NCBI GenBank assembly: GCA_044225365.1
Contig: JBGAIQ010000001.1
Span: forward strand, 128,001-192,000
Source of the DNA: Planctomycetota bacterium
GTDB taxonomy: Bacteria; Planctomycetota; B15-G4; JADJEK01
Reading direction: 5' to 3'
DNA: 64,000 nucleotides
Shown: positions 30,243 through 39,789 of the stretch, in pieces
Position numbering within the stretch: position 1 is the first letter of the stretch
How the letters are laid out: the number at the start of each line of letters is the position of its first letter
Position numbers and translations under genes: made by a program
The notes under the pieces: model-generated
Databases searched by the model: none
Seen by the model: the letters and a program-made list of their open reading frames with translations, nothing else
What the model was told of the DNA's origin: nothing

Positions 30243-30970
30243 AAGGTGTGATTCTCGCCGGGGGCCTTGGCACCCGGCTCTCGCCGCTGACGAAGATCAC
30301 GAACAAGCATCTCTTGCCGATCTACGACAAGCCGATGATCTACTACCCGCTGCAGTGCCTCGTGAACGCGGGCATCAGCGACATCCTGATCGTCACCGGC
30401 GGCAACAACGCCGGCGACTTCCTGCGCCTGCTCGGCAACGGCACGGAATTCGGGTTGAAGCACCTGAACTACACGTATCAGCAGGGTGAAGGCGGAATCG
30501 CCGACGCGTTGAAGCTCGCCGAGCATTTCGCTGCGGGCGATTCGATCGCCGTGGTGCTCGGCGACAACATCATCGAGAAGAACATCAAGCACGCCGTCGA
30601 CGCCTACAAGAAGCAGGGCGGCGGCGCGAAGATCCTGCTGAAGGAAGTCCACGATCCGCAGCGCTTCGGCGTCGCGTCGCTGAGCGGCGACAAGGTCGTC
30701 AAGATCACGGAGAAGCCGAAGAACCCGGAGACCAATCTCGCGGTGATCGGCATCTACATGTACGACGCCAACGTCTTCGAGATCGCCCGCACCTTGAAGC
30801 CGAGTTCGCGCGGCGAGCTCGAGATCACCGACGTGAACAACGCCTACATCGCGCGCAACTCGCTCACCTACGACATCCTCGATGGCTGGTGGACCGACGC
30901 CGGTACCTTCGAATCGCTCTTCCACGCCAGCGATCTCGTCCGCAAGGGCGGGGCGAACCACGGAAGCTGA
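30239..30970 (+). CDS. rmlA: Glucose-1-phosphate thymidylyltransferase (short form)
   Basis: ILAGGLGTRL.P.T....KHLLPIYDKPMIYYP, LGDN, EKP, S.RGELEITD, W.DAGT. Confidence 0.88.
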   Translation: MKGVILAGGLGTRLSPLTKITNKHLLPIYDKPMIYYPLQCLVNAGISDILIVTGGNNAGDFLRLLGNGTEFGLKHLNYTYQQGEGGIADALKLAEHFAAGDSIAVVLGDNIIEKNIKHAVDAYKKQGGGAKILLKEVHDPQRFGVASLSGDKVVKITEKPKNPETNLAVIGIYMYDANVFEIARTLKPSSRGELEITDVNNAYIARNSLTYDILDGWWTDAGTFESLFHASDLVRKGGANHGS

Positions 30971-30974
30971 GGCG

Positions 30975-31844
30975 ATGCGGCTCTTCGTCACGGGCGCGAA
31001 TGGAATGGTGGGCAGTGCAGTCTGCGCGCTCGGCCCGACTCTCGGTCACGAGGTCATCGGCCATCCGTTCCCCGGTCTCGATGTCGGCGACTACACCGCG
31101 GTGCTGCAGGCGGTGAAGGCGAGTCGTGCGGACGTGCTCATGCACATTGGTGCGCACACCGACGTCGACGGCTGCGAGAGGGATCCCGAACTCGCCTATC
31201 GCGTGAATGCGATGGGCACTCGCAATTGTGCGCTCGCCGCGGCGGCGGCGGGAATCCCGATTCTCTACGTCTCGACCGACTACGTGTTCGCCGGCAACGG
31301 CAGCGTTCCGTACTTCGAGTTCGATCCGGTCGATCCGCAGTCGATCTACGGTCGGTCGAAGCTGGCGGGCGAACAGTTCGTTCGTGAGCACGCGCTCGGG
31401 CGATTCTGGATCGTCCGAACGCAGTGGATCTACGGCTTCCACGGCAAGAACTTCGTCGACACGATCCTCGCCGCCGCGCAGAGCGGCAAACCCTTGAAGG
31501 TCGTCGACGATCAGATCGGCTGCCCGACGTACGCGACCGACTTCGCGGCGGCGCTCGTGCGCATCGTGACGTCCGATCCGGGTCCGGGCTTCGGCACGTT
31601 CCATTGCTCCGCGCAGGGTCATTGTTCGTGGTACGAGTTCGCCGCCGCGATCCTGGAGCGCGCCGGCGTAGAGCCGGTTTCCTTCGAGCCGATGAAGTCG
31701 ACGGCACTCGATCGTCCCGCCAAACGACCGCTCTTTTCCGTCCTGCGCAATTATGCGTTGGAACAGACGATCGGCGACCCGATGCGTCATTGGCAAGAGG
31801 GTTTGAACGCGTATCTTATGGCCCGATCGCGGCCGGCTTCGTGA
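30975..31844 (+). CDS. rmlD: dTDP-4-dehydrorhamnose reductase
   Basis: GANGMVG, TDVDGCE, STDYVF, YGRSKLAGE, VVDDQIGCPT, RPAKRP. Confidence 0.93.
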   Translation: MRLFVTGANGMVGSAVCALGPTLGHEVIGHPFPGLDVGDYTAVLQAVKASRADVLMHIGAHTDVDGCERDPELAYRVNAMGTRNCALAAAAAGIPILYVSTDYVFAGNGSVPYFEFDPVDPQSIYGRSKLAGEQFVREHALGRFWIVRTQWIYGFHGKNFVDTILAAAQSGKPLKVVDDQIGCPTYATDFAAALVRIVTSDPGPGFGTFHCSAQGHCSWYEFAAAILERAGVEPVSFEPMKSTALDRPAKRPLFSVLRNYALEQTIGDPMRHWQEGLNAYLMARSRPAS

Positions 31845-31890
31845 AAGGAGCGAGCCGCTCGATTCCCTGCGAGCCTCGCGTGCCCCGTCC

Positions 31891-32910
31891 ATGAAAAATC
31901 TGCTCGTCACCGGCGGCGCCGGCTTCATCGGTTCCAATTTCGTGCGCTACGTGCTGCGCGAACGCCCGCAGTACCGCGTGATCAACGTCGACGTGCTGAC
32001 CTATGCGGGCAATCTCGAGAACCTGAAGGACATCGAGAACGATCCGCGCTACCGCTTCGTTCGCGCCGACATCTCGGACGCGGCGGCGATGACGAAGGCG
32101 TTCGACGATCATTCGATCGATGCCGTCGTGAACTTCGCGGCCGAGTCGCACGTCGATCGCTCGATCCTCGATCCCGGGATCTTCGTCCGCACGAACGTCC
32201 TCGGTACGCAGGTGCTCCTCGACGCGGCGAAGAAGCGCGGAGTCGAACGCTACCTCCAGGTCTCGACCGACGAGGTCTACGGCTCGCTCGGCAAGACCGG
32301 CAAGTTCACCGAAGAGACCCCGCTGCAGTCGAACTCACCGTATTCGTCGAGCAAGGCGGGCGCCGACCTGCTCGTGCGCGCGTACGGTCACACCTTCCAC
32401 TTCCCGGTCCTGATCACGCGTTGCTCCAACAACTATGGTCCGTTCCAGTTCCCGGAGAAGTTGATCCCGCTGATGATCAGCAACGCGCTCGAGGACAAAC
32501 CGCTCCCCGTCTACGGCGACGGCAAGAACGTGCGCGACTGGCTTCATGTCGACGACCACTGCTCCGCGATCCTCGCCGTCCTCGAGCGCGGTCGAGTCGA
32601 CGAGGTCTACAACATCGGCGGGAACAACGAAATGGAGAACCTGCGGGTCGTCGAGCTGATCCTCGACGCATTGAAGAAGCCGCGGTCCCTCATCAAGTTC
32701 GTCACCGATCGACCGGGCCACGACCGCCGGTACGCGATCGATGCCTCGAAGATGAAGGCCGAACTCGGCTGGGAACCGGCGCGCACGTTCGAACAGGGCA
32801 TCGAGGAGACCATTCGTTGGTACCTCGATCATCGAACTTGGTGGGAACGCGTGAAGGCCGGCGAGTACCGAGGCTACTACGAGAGGATGTACGGCAACCG
32901 CGACGCTTGA
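31891..32910 (+). CDS. rmlB: dTDP-glucose 4,6-dehydratase
   Basis: GGAGFIGSNF, AAESHVDRSI, STDEVYG, CSNNYGP.QFPEKLIP, DRPGHDRRYA. Confidence 0.96.
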   Translation: MKNLLVTGGAGFIGSNFVRYVLRERPQYRVINVDVLTYAGNLENLKDIENDPRYRFVRADISDAAAMTKAFDDHSIDAVVNFAAESHVDRSILDPGIFVRTNVLGTQVLLDAAKKRGVERYLQVSTDEVYGSLGKTGKFTEETPLQSNSPYSSSKAGADLLVRAYGHTFHFPVLITRCSNNYGPFQFPEKLIPLMISNALEDKPLPVYGDGKNVRDWLHVDDHCSAILAVLERGRVDEVYNIGGNNEMENLRVVELILDALKKPRSLIKFVTDRPGHDRRYAIDASKMKAELGWEPARTFEQGIEETIRWYLDHRTWWERVKAGEYRGYYERMYGNRDA

Positions 32911-32943
32911 CGCGGTCGTTACGCAACTCCTTGCTGGATCGGC

Positions 32944-32972
32944 TCAAGTTAAGGGCTTCCAGACACCGAAGA
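32944..32972 (+). promoter_or_regulatory. Sigma-28-like promoter motif TCAAG-N16-ACCGAAGA
   Basis: 70 nt upstream of the wza-like start; preceded by an IHF-like CAA-N4-TTG at about 32924-32933. Confidence 0.55.
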
Positions 32973-33042
32973 ATGACGCGTTCGTTGCAGTGCGGTGCAC
33001 AAGAACACCGCGCCCCAGCGGGCCGAAGCGACGAGTGACAAG

Positions 33043-33933
33043 ATGGATCGGAGATGGTGGAGTCTGCTCCTGATCGTAGTCGCGACCGGATGCCGGTCGT
33101 TCGATGAAGGTCGAGTCGTGCAGGCGCTCAATCAGCGTGGGTTCGGTCGCAAGTACATTGGCGACTCGAACGAGATCCTCACGATCGGGATCGGCGACTC
33201 GATCAAGGTCACCGACGCTCTGATCCCCGAGATCTCGGGTGCCTACACCGTTCGCATGGACGGCGTCATCGAGGTCGATCTCCTGCGCGAGGTCTTCGTC
33301 GCCGGCTTCTCGTCGGCCGAGATCGCGGAAACGCTGAATCAGCGATACAAGGAGTTCTACAAGGACGCCAACGTTCGCGTCGAAGTGATGAACGTGCAGA
33401 GCAAGTTCTACTTCATCCAGGGCGAGGTCGCGCCCGGTCGCCGCGAGTTCAAGGGCAACACCACCGTGTGGGACGCGGTCATGGTCGGCCAGATTCCGCC
33501 GACGGCGGACCTCGCGGATATCCGCGTCATCCGCCCCGATCCCGTTCATCCGCTCGTGATCCCGGTCGACCTCGAGAAGATGCTCTACTACGGCGACGCT
33601 CGCGACAACATCCTGTTGCGCGAGGACGACATCGTCTTCGTCACTCCGAACCTCGCCGGCATCATCAAGAATGCCGTCAACCTCATCCTCGAACCGGTGA
33701 AGCCGATCCTCCAGCTCACCGTCTCCGTCCGCAACATCGAGACGCTGTTCAAGTCCTTCCAGACCGATCAGAACTTCTACGTCGGCGGCGGCAGCAACTC
33801 GAACTTCAACAGTGGCCTCGGCGGTGCCGGCACGGGCTTCTCCACGACGGGCGCCGCCGCGGGTACGGGCGGCAACGGCAAGAACGGCGGCAACGGCGGC
33901 AACGGCTCGGGCAACGGCGGCGGGAACAAGTGA
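33043..33933 (+). CDS. Polysaccharide export lipoprotein (Wza/OPX family)
   Basis: Lipobox VATGC; GD.I.V...PEISG..TVR.DG.I polysaccharide-export motif; SLBB (GEV.PG, NILLREDDIVFV); Gly/Asn-rich tail. Confidence 0.85.
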   Translation: MDRRWWSLLLIVVATGCRSFDEGRVVQALNQRGFGRKYIGDSNEILTIGIGDSIKVTDALIPEISGAYTVRMDGVIEVDLLREVFVAGFSSAEIAETLNQRYKEFYKDANVRVEVMNVQSKFYFIQGEVAPGRREFKGNTTVWDAVMVGQIPPTADLADIRVIRPDPVHPLVIPVDLEKMLYYGDARDNILLREDDIVFVTPNLAGIIKNAVNLILEPVKPILQLTVSVRNIETLFKSFQTDQNFYVGGGSNSNFNSGLGGAGTGFSTTGAAAGTGGNGKNGGNGGNGSGNGGGNK

Positions 33934-33940
33934 GCGAGGA

Positions 33941-35713
33941 ATGAGCATGGAACCTCGCACAGGCGGTGTCGGGAGCGGTGAAGTCGACGCGGGCGCGCAG
34001 TTGAAGCGCATCGTGGCGGCGGCGCGCAGCTCGGTGGGCAAGCTCTTCGTCTACAGCGTCGTCGGGCTCATCCTCGGGACGTTCGTGGCCTCGATCCTTC
34101 CCGAACTCTACGAATCGCGCACGCTCGTCCTCCTTCGCGAAAGACAGCTCGTCGAGGACTCGGCGATCCTTCGCGCGATCGAAGACAAGCCGCTCCAGGT
34201 GAAGGAGCAGACCCTCGAAGAGGAATTCAAGTCCTACGGGTTCATCGACCGCGTGCTCGAACGCGCCGGTTGGAAGGAATACCAGGACATCAAGCACCGG
34301 ATGGCCAAACCGGAAGAGTTCGTGAAGGGCGATTCCGTGGCCGCAGCGCGCGCGATCGAGAAGATTCGCAAGCAGGCGCAGGACGATCAGCAGAAGCTGA
34401 TCGAGAAGGTTCGCAAGGACAAGTACTTCAACGTCGGAGTCAACACCTCCGCGGCCGGCGAGCTCCTCGTCAATCTCACGATGAAATGGTTCGAGCCGAA
34501 GCTCGCTCGCGACTTCGTCTTCGAAGCCCGCAAGTACTGGGTCAGCAAGCGCGACGACGAGTACAAGCGCTACTACCGAAAGCAGCTCGAAGACGCCGAG
34601 AAGACACTCGAAGCGCGAAAGAAGGAATACGAACTCGCGACGCAGAACCTCGAGGACTTCTCGAGGCAGAACAACGTGTCGTTCCTCAACAACGAGGACA
34701 ACCCGGACGCGAAGGTGCAGGTCGAGCTCGCGACGCAATTGTCTCAGACGCAGAGTCAGATCGCGGAACTCGAAGTTCGCGTGCGCGCCCTCGAGGAGCG
34801 CAAGGAGCGCACGCCGCCGACGCTCGAACAGTCGACGAAGGAGCCGAATCCCGAGTACGTCATGGTCAAGCAGAGCTACGACCTCGCGGCGGGGGAACTC
34901 GCGAAGCTCTCCGAGCATTACCAGGACAACCATCCGGTGGTGCAGAAGCAGCGTCAGCTCGTCGAGAAGGCGAAGGCTGCGCTCGAGGCGATGAAGGGCA
35001 AGGAGTACAGCGAGACGCAGACGCAATCGGAGCAGAATCCCGAGTACACCGCGATCACGCAGAGTCTCGCGGTCGACGCGCCTCAACTCCAAGCGTTGCG
35101 CGAGCGGGCGGTCAGCATCGAGAAGCAGAAGGCCGAAGTGGTGAAGCGGCTCGAGCAGCAGCCGATGATCCAGAGCATGATGAAGCGATTGAACAATGCG
35201 TTCGAAGTCGCGCAGACGTCTTTGAACGAAGCGATGATCGCGATCAAACCGCTACAGGAAAAGGTCGCGAAGTGGGAGGGTCAATCGGCCGGGATCTTCG
35301 CGGATCCGGAGTCGGACCTGAAGAACACGGGCGCCTACGAAGTCCTCGAGGATCCGTACGAGGCCGGCGACCCCACGGGCATCCCGCGCGCGGCGATCTC
35401 CGTCATCGGTCTGCTCGTCGGCCTCGCGTTCGGCCTCGCGTCGCTGTTGCTCACCGAGATGATGCGCTCGACGTTCGACGAGGCGGGCGAGGCGCAGAAT
35501 GCGCTCGGAATTCCCGTGCTGGCGACGATCGGTCGCATCTCCACGATCCTCGAAGAGCGCCGCGCGCGCTGGCGGGGCATCGCCCGTGCCTTCGGTGTCC
35601 TCATGATCGTCGGTGCGCTCGGAACGATCGTCACGGTCATGGTCGCCGCCCCCGAGAAACTGCCTCCGCTGATGCAGGAGTACTTGAAGAACCTCAAGAC
35701 CGCCCTGCAGTGA
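33941..35713 (+). CDS. Polysaccharide co-polymerase / chain-length determinant (GumC/Wzc periplasmic part, no kinase domain)
   Basis: N-terminal TM plus LPELYES, long coiled coil with Y..NHP.V motif, C-terminal TMs and LGIPVLATI. Confidence 0.85.
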   Translation: MSMEPRTGGVGSGEVDAGAQLKRIVAAARSSVGKLFVYSVVGLILGTFVASILPELYESRTLVLLRERQLVEDSAILRAIEDKPLQVKEQTLEEEFKSYGFIDRVLERAGWKEYQDIKHRMAKPEEFVKGDSVAAARAIEKIRKQAQDDQQKLIEKVRKDKYFNVGVNTSAAGELLVNLTMKWFEPKLARDFVFEARKYWVSKRDDEYKRYYRKQLEDAEKTLEARKKEYELATQNLEDFSRQNNVSFLNNEDNPDAKVQVELATQLSQTQSQIAELEVRVRALEERKERTPPTLEQSTKEPNPEYVMVKQSYDLAAGELAKLSEHYQDNHPVVQKQRQLVEKAKAALEAMKGKEYSETQTQSEQNPEYTAITQSLAVDAPQLQALRERAVSIEKQKAEVVKRLEQQPMIQSMMKRLNNAFEVAQTSLNEAMIAIKPLQEKVAKWEGQSAGIFADPESDLKNTGAYEVLEDPYEAGDPTGIPRAAISVIGLLVGLAFGLASLLLTEMMRSTFDEAGEAQNALGIPVLATIGRISTILEERRARWRGIARAFGVLMIVGALGTIVTVMVAAPEKLPPLMQEYLKNLKTALQ

Positions 35714-36996
35714 GGCTTCTCTTCCTCTGTCACCGGATCCCGTTTCCGCCCGACAAAGGCGACAAGATCCGTTCGTACCACGAACTGGCGTACCTCGCGG
35801 CACGGCACGAAGTCGACCTGTTCACGCTGATCGACGACATCGCCGATCACCCGCATGTCGAGTCGCTACGGCGAATGGTCGCGGAGATCCACGTCGTTCC
35901 GCTGCGGCGCTGGGCCGCGGCCGCTCGCGCGGCTCGAGCGCTCGCGACGGGTGGGTCGCTCTCCGCCGCGCACTTCGCCGAGCCCCGGCTCTTCCGGCTT
36001 CTGCGCGAACGGATCGTCGCCCGAGGCTACGATCTCGCATTCGTCTTCTCATCCAACATGGCGCCCCTCCTTCCATCGACGTCGCACGGAATTCGGCTCC
36101 CCCGAGTGCTCGATTTCGTCGACATCGATTCCGCGAAGTTCACGTCCTACGCCGCGGAGGGCCGCGGGATCATGCCGTGGATCCACGGGGTGGAGGGCCG
36201 GCGGCTGCGGGAGCTCGAGCAGCGCGAATCGGAGTCCGCCGAGGCCACGGTCGTATGTTCGGTCCGGGAAGCGGAGGAACTGCGTACCTTCGCGCGTCCC
36301 CGCCGCCTCGAGACCATTCCCAACGGTACGGACACGCAGTACTTCGCGCCCCAACGCGACGCGGCCGCGGCGAATGCGGTGGCGCCGTGCGACATCGTGT
36401 TCACCGGCGCGATGGACTACCGGGCGAACGTCGATGCCGTCACCTGGTTCGCGGACGCGATCCTCCCCAAGGTGAGAGCGGTTCGCCCCGTGACGACGTT
36501 CTCGATCGTCGGTTCGAATCCCGTTCGTGAGGTCGTCGCACTCGGCGAGCGGCCCGCGATCACGGTGGCGGGTCGCGTTCCGGACGTGAGGCCGTATCTC
36601 CACTCCGCGAAGGTCGCGATCGCTCCACTCCGCGTCGCGCGCGGCATCCAGAACAAGGTGCTCGAGGCCCTCGCCTGCGGTGTCCCCGTCGTCGCGACCG
36701 GGGCGGCCCTCGGCGGCGTTGGTCGGGCGAGCGCGCCGGGCGGTAACGTCCCCGGATCGATCCGCGCGGACGATCCCGACGCCTTCGCCACGGCGATCGT
36801 CTCGCTGCTCGACGATGGAGAGCGCCGCGCTCGCCTCGGCCGCGAAGGTCGGGATTACGTGGTCGCGGAGTATCGCTGGGAGCGTACGCTCGAGCGTCTC
36901 GAAGCGGTCCTGGTCGAAGTCGCGTCAAGCGGTGCGGCGTCGAGTTCCGAAGAAAGATCCGGTTCGAGCCGCGCGACGAGGAGCGAGCGAGGATGA
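35710..36996 (+). CDS. GT4 glycosyltransferase, XrtA/PEP-CTERM-associated type (TIGR03087-like)
   Basis: LLFLCHRIPFPPDKGDKIRSYH, DFVDIDSAK, FTGAMDYRANVDAV, APLRVARGIQNKVLEA. Confidence 0.88.
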   Translation: MRLLFLCHRIPFPPDKGDKIRSYHELAYLAARHEVDLFTLIDDIADHPHVESLRRMVAEIHVVPLRRWAAAARAARALATGGSLSAAHFAEPRLFRLLRERIVARGYDLAFVFSSNMAPLLPSTSHGIRLPRVLDFVDIDSAKFTSYAAEGRGIMPWIHGVEGRRLRELEQRESESAEATVVCSVREAEELRTFARPRRLETIPNGTDTQYFAPQRDAAAANAVAPCDIVFTGAMDYRANVDAVTWFADAILPKVRAVRPVTTFSIVGSNPVREVVALGERPAITVAGRVPDVRPYLHSAKVAIAPLRVARGIQNKVLEALACGVPVVATGAALGGVGRASAPGGNVPGSIRADDPDAFATAIVSLLDDGERRARLGREGRDYVVAEYRWERTLERLEAVLVEVASSGAASSSEERSGSSRATRSERG

Positions 36997-38462
36997 TCGG
37001 CAAGGTCGAGACGGCCCAACTCGGAGGCGAGGTCGAAGGCGGAGTCGCCTCGGCCGCGTCGTCGGTCGTCGGGGACGCAATCGGCCATGGATCGCCTCGC
37101 GAACGCAAGCGCCTCGCGGTGCTGGTCGTCGCCTTTCACTTCCCGCCGATCGCCGCCGCGGGCACGCACCGCACATTGAACTTCGTCCAGCAACTGGCGA
37201 AGCTCGGTCACCGCCTCGGCGTCGTTACCACGGGAAGCACCTCGGGCTTCCGGAACGAATCCGCGCTCCTCGAACGCGTGCCGGCCGAGGTATGCGTCGC
37301 GCGAGCGTCGCACGTCGATCCGTTCCTCCTGCTGCATCGCCTTCGCGGCGGCGCGAAGGCGAAGGCGGGTGACGAATCGGGAGCGAGCCCTCCGGCGGGC
37401 GCGCCGTCGATTCCGCGCGGCGTCATGGGAACGGTGCTCGACTACATCAGTCGGCTCGCGGACGTCCCCGATCGCTACGCGTCGTGGATCGTTCCGGCCT
37501 TCGTCCAAGGTGTCCTCCTCGCCCGGCGCATCGACGCGCAGGTCGTCTATTGCACGGCGCCGCCGGCCTCGGCGCACTTGGCGGGAATGCTCATCGCGGA
37601 CGTGCTCGGATTGCCCTTCGTCGCCGACTTCCGCGACCCATGGGCGCTGAACCCGTTCCGCTCGGTGCCCTACAGCTCGCTCCGCGAGATCGACGATTGG
37701 CTCGAGAGTCTCGTCATCGAACGCGCGCGCCGTGTCATCCTCAATACCCCGCTCGCGGAACGCGACTACGTCGCTCGCTACCGCGATCCTCGGAAGTTTC
37801 TATCGATCCAGAACGGGATCGCTCCCGACCTCTTCGCTCTGCCGCGCGGCGAGCCGTCTCCCGGCGATCGCGTGCGACTCCTGCATGTCGGGTCGATCTA
37901 CGGCCGCAGGTCGCCCCTGCCCCTCGTGCGAGCCCTGAAGCGACTTGCACTCGAACGACCCGAGATTTCGAATCGCCTCGGCATCGAGCAGATCGGTCCA
38001 GTCGAGGATGGTGGAGCGCTCGAGCGTGAGCTGCGGGCGTGTGGCGTCGCCGAGCGATTCACGATCCATCCCTCGGTAAGTCATCGCGAAGCGTTCCTCG
38101 AGACGACTCGCTCCCACGCCCTGCTCCTGCTCGGCGTGTCGGGCTCCTCGCCCGAGGTGCAGGTGCCCGCGAAGCTCTTCGAGTACCTGGCGGCGGATCG
38201 GCCGATCCTCGCGCTCGCGAAGGAGAAGGGCGCGATCGTCGCCACGCTCGAGCGAGCCGGCGCGGACTACCTCGCGGCGGATCCGGACGACGAACAGGCG
38301 ATCTACTCGGCCTTGATCGGTCTGCTCACGAGGATCGAGAGCCAACGTGCGGAACGGACTCCGACCCAAAGGGTCAAGGGCGAATCGTTCCGCTACGAGG
38401 ACCTCGCGCTGCGCCTCGAGGACGTTCTCCAATCGGTCGTGACGGGAGGGCGCGATGCGTGA
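36993..38462 (+). CDS. GT4-family glycosyltransferase
   Basis: FHFPP....GT.R, ADFRDPW, NG, GSIYG.RSP, PAKLFEYL. Confidence 0.82.
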   Translation: MIGKVETAQLGGEVEGGVASAASSVVGDAIGHGSPRERKRLAVLVVAFHFPPIAAAGTHRTLNFVQQLAKLGHRLGVVTTGSTSGFRNESALLERVPAEVCVARASHVDPFLLLHRLRGGAKAKAGDESGASPPAGAPSIPRGVMGTVLDYISRLADVPDRYASWIVPAFVQGVLLARRIDAQVVYCTAPPASAHLAGMLIADVLGLPFVADFRDPWALNPFRSVPYSSLREIDDWLESLVIERARRVILNTPLAERDYVARYRDPRKFLSIQNGIAPDLFALPRGEPSPGDRVRLLHVGSIYGRRSPLPLVRALKRLALERPEISNRLGIEQIGPVEDGGALERELRACGVAERFTIHPSVSHREAFLETTRSHALLLLGVSGSSPEVQVPAKLFEYLAADRPILALAKEKGAIVATLERAGADYLAADPDDEQAIYSALIGLLTRIESQRAERTPTQRVKGESFRYEDLALRLEDVLQSVVTGGRDA

Positions 38463-39789
38463 CCTCATCGTCTTCGCGATCATCTTCGGAACGTTGCCGT
38501 TCGCCTTCGTGCGGCCCTACTACGGACTCCTGCTCTACAACTGGCTCGCGTTCATGCGCGCTCCCGACCTGTGTTGGGGGCCAGCGAAGACGTTCCGCTT
38601 CTCGCTGATCGTCGCGGCCGCGATGTACTCCGGATGGCTGCTGTTCGACAAGCGCCCATTCATGCGCGCGAATCGACGCAACACGTACATGCTGCTGCTC
38701 GCGGTCTGCGTATCGATCTCGTGGATGATCGCGCCGATCAAGGACGACTCCGTCAACAGCAAGATGTCGGAGTTCCTCAAGGTCATCGCCGTCGCTGTGT
38801 TCACGACCGGGCAGATCGATACCAAGAACCGAATCCAGACGATCGTCTGGGTCAGCATGTTGTCGTTCGCGTTCTACGGTGTGAAGGGCGGGATCTGGGG
38901 GCTCATCCTGCGCGATGCGCGCATCATCCGCGGTCCGGGCGGTCTGCTCCTCGACAACAACGACTTCTCGCTCGCGATGGTGATGAACCTGCCGTTCCTG
39001 CTCTACCTCTCGACGGTGGAGGAACGACGCCGAGTGCGGAACTTCCTGCGTGCCGCATTCGTGCTCACGATCATCACGATCGTCATGACGGGTTCGCGCG
39101 GCGGATTCCTCGCGATGACGTTCGCCAGTTTCGTGATGGTGATGAAGAGCCGCTACAAGGCGGTCGGTATCTCGACCGGTCTCGTAGGTGCGCTGCTGTT
39201 CTTGGTCTTCATCCCGGATCGATATCGCGATCGCTTGATGACTCTGCGCACGGCGGCGACTCAGGACAGCTCGGCCGTCGGCCGTTTGCAGGCATGGTCC
39301 GTCGCGCTTCGAATGATCCAGGACAAGCCGCTGTTCGGGATCGGATTCGCGAACTTCGTCTCCTCGTACGGCAAGTACGAGCCCTACGCGGGCGCACACC
39401 TCAAGCACCGCGTGACGCACAATTCCTATCTGCAGATCTGGGCGGAGTCGGGGACGTTCTCCTTCCTGCTCTTCCTCTGCGTACTCTTCTCGACCATCCT
39501 CGTGTGTCGTCGCATCCAACGCATGGTTCGCGTTCGCGACGGTCCATTCTGGATCCATCAGTACGCCGCCGCGATCGAGGTCTCGTTCTACGGGTTCCTC
39601 GTCGGTGCGACGTTCCTCAATCGAGCGCACTTCGACTTCATCTACGTGATCGCTGCGATGGCGTCGGCGCTCTACCCGATCGCGGTCCAGGAGATCGCAG
39701 CGAACGACAAAGCGACCCGGCCCAATCGCCGCGCGGGGAGCCTCGTCATCACTGGCGGCGATCCGTTCCTCGCTGGCCAACTGCGGTGA
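38455..39789 (+). CDS. O-antigen ligase/polymerase (Wzy_C), putative exosortase-system O-glycosylation ligase (TIGR03097-like)
   Basis: MRDL start, multiple TMs, YGVKGG, GP.G....DNN, TGSRGG, S..GRL.AW, H(N/S)SY.Q..AE.G. Confidence 0.85.
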   Translation: MRDLIVFAIIFGTLPFAFVRPYYGLLLYNWLAFMRAPDLCWGPAKTFRFSLIVAAAMYSGWLLFDKRPFMRANRRNTYMLLLAVCVSISWMIAPIKDDSVNSKMSEFLKVIAVAVFTTGQIDTKNRIQTIVWVSMLSFAFYGVKGGIWGLILRDARIIRGPGGLLLDNNDFSLAMVMNLPFLLYLSTVEERRRVRNFLRAAFVLTIITIVMTGSRGGFLAMTFASFVMVMKSRYKAVGISTGLVGALLFLVFIPDRYRDRLMTLRTAATQDSSAVGRLQAWSVALRMIQDKPLFGIGFANFVSSYGKYEPYAGAHLKHRVTHNSYLQIWAESGTFSFLLFLCVLFSTILVCRRIQRMVRVRDGPFWIHQYAAAIEVSFYGFLVGATFLNRAHFDFIYVIAAMASALYPIAVQEIAANDKATRPNRRAGSLVITGGDPFLAGQLR

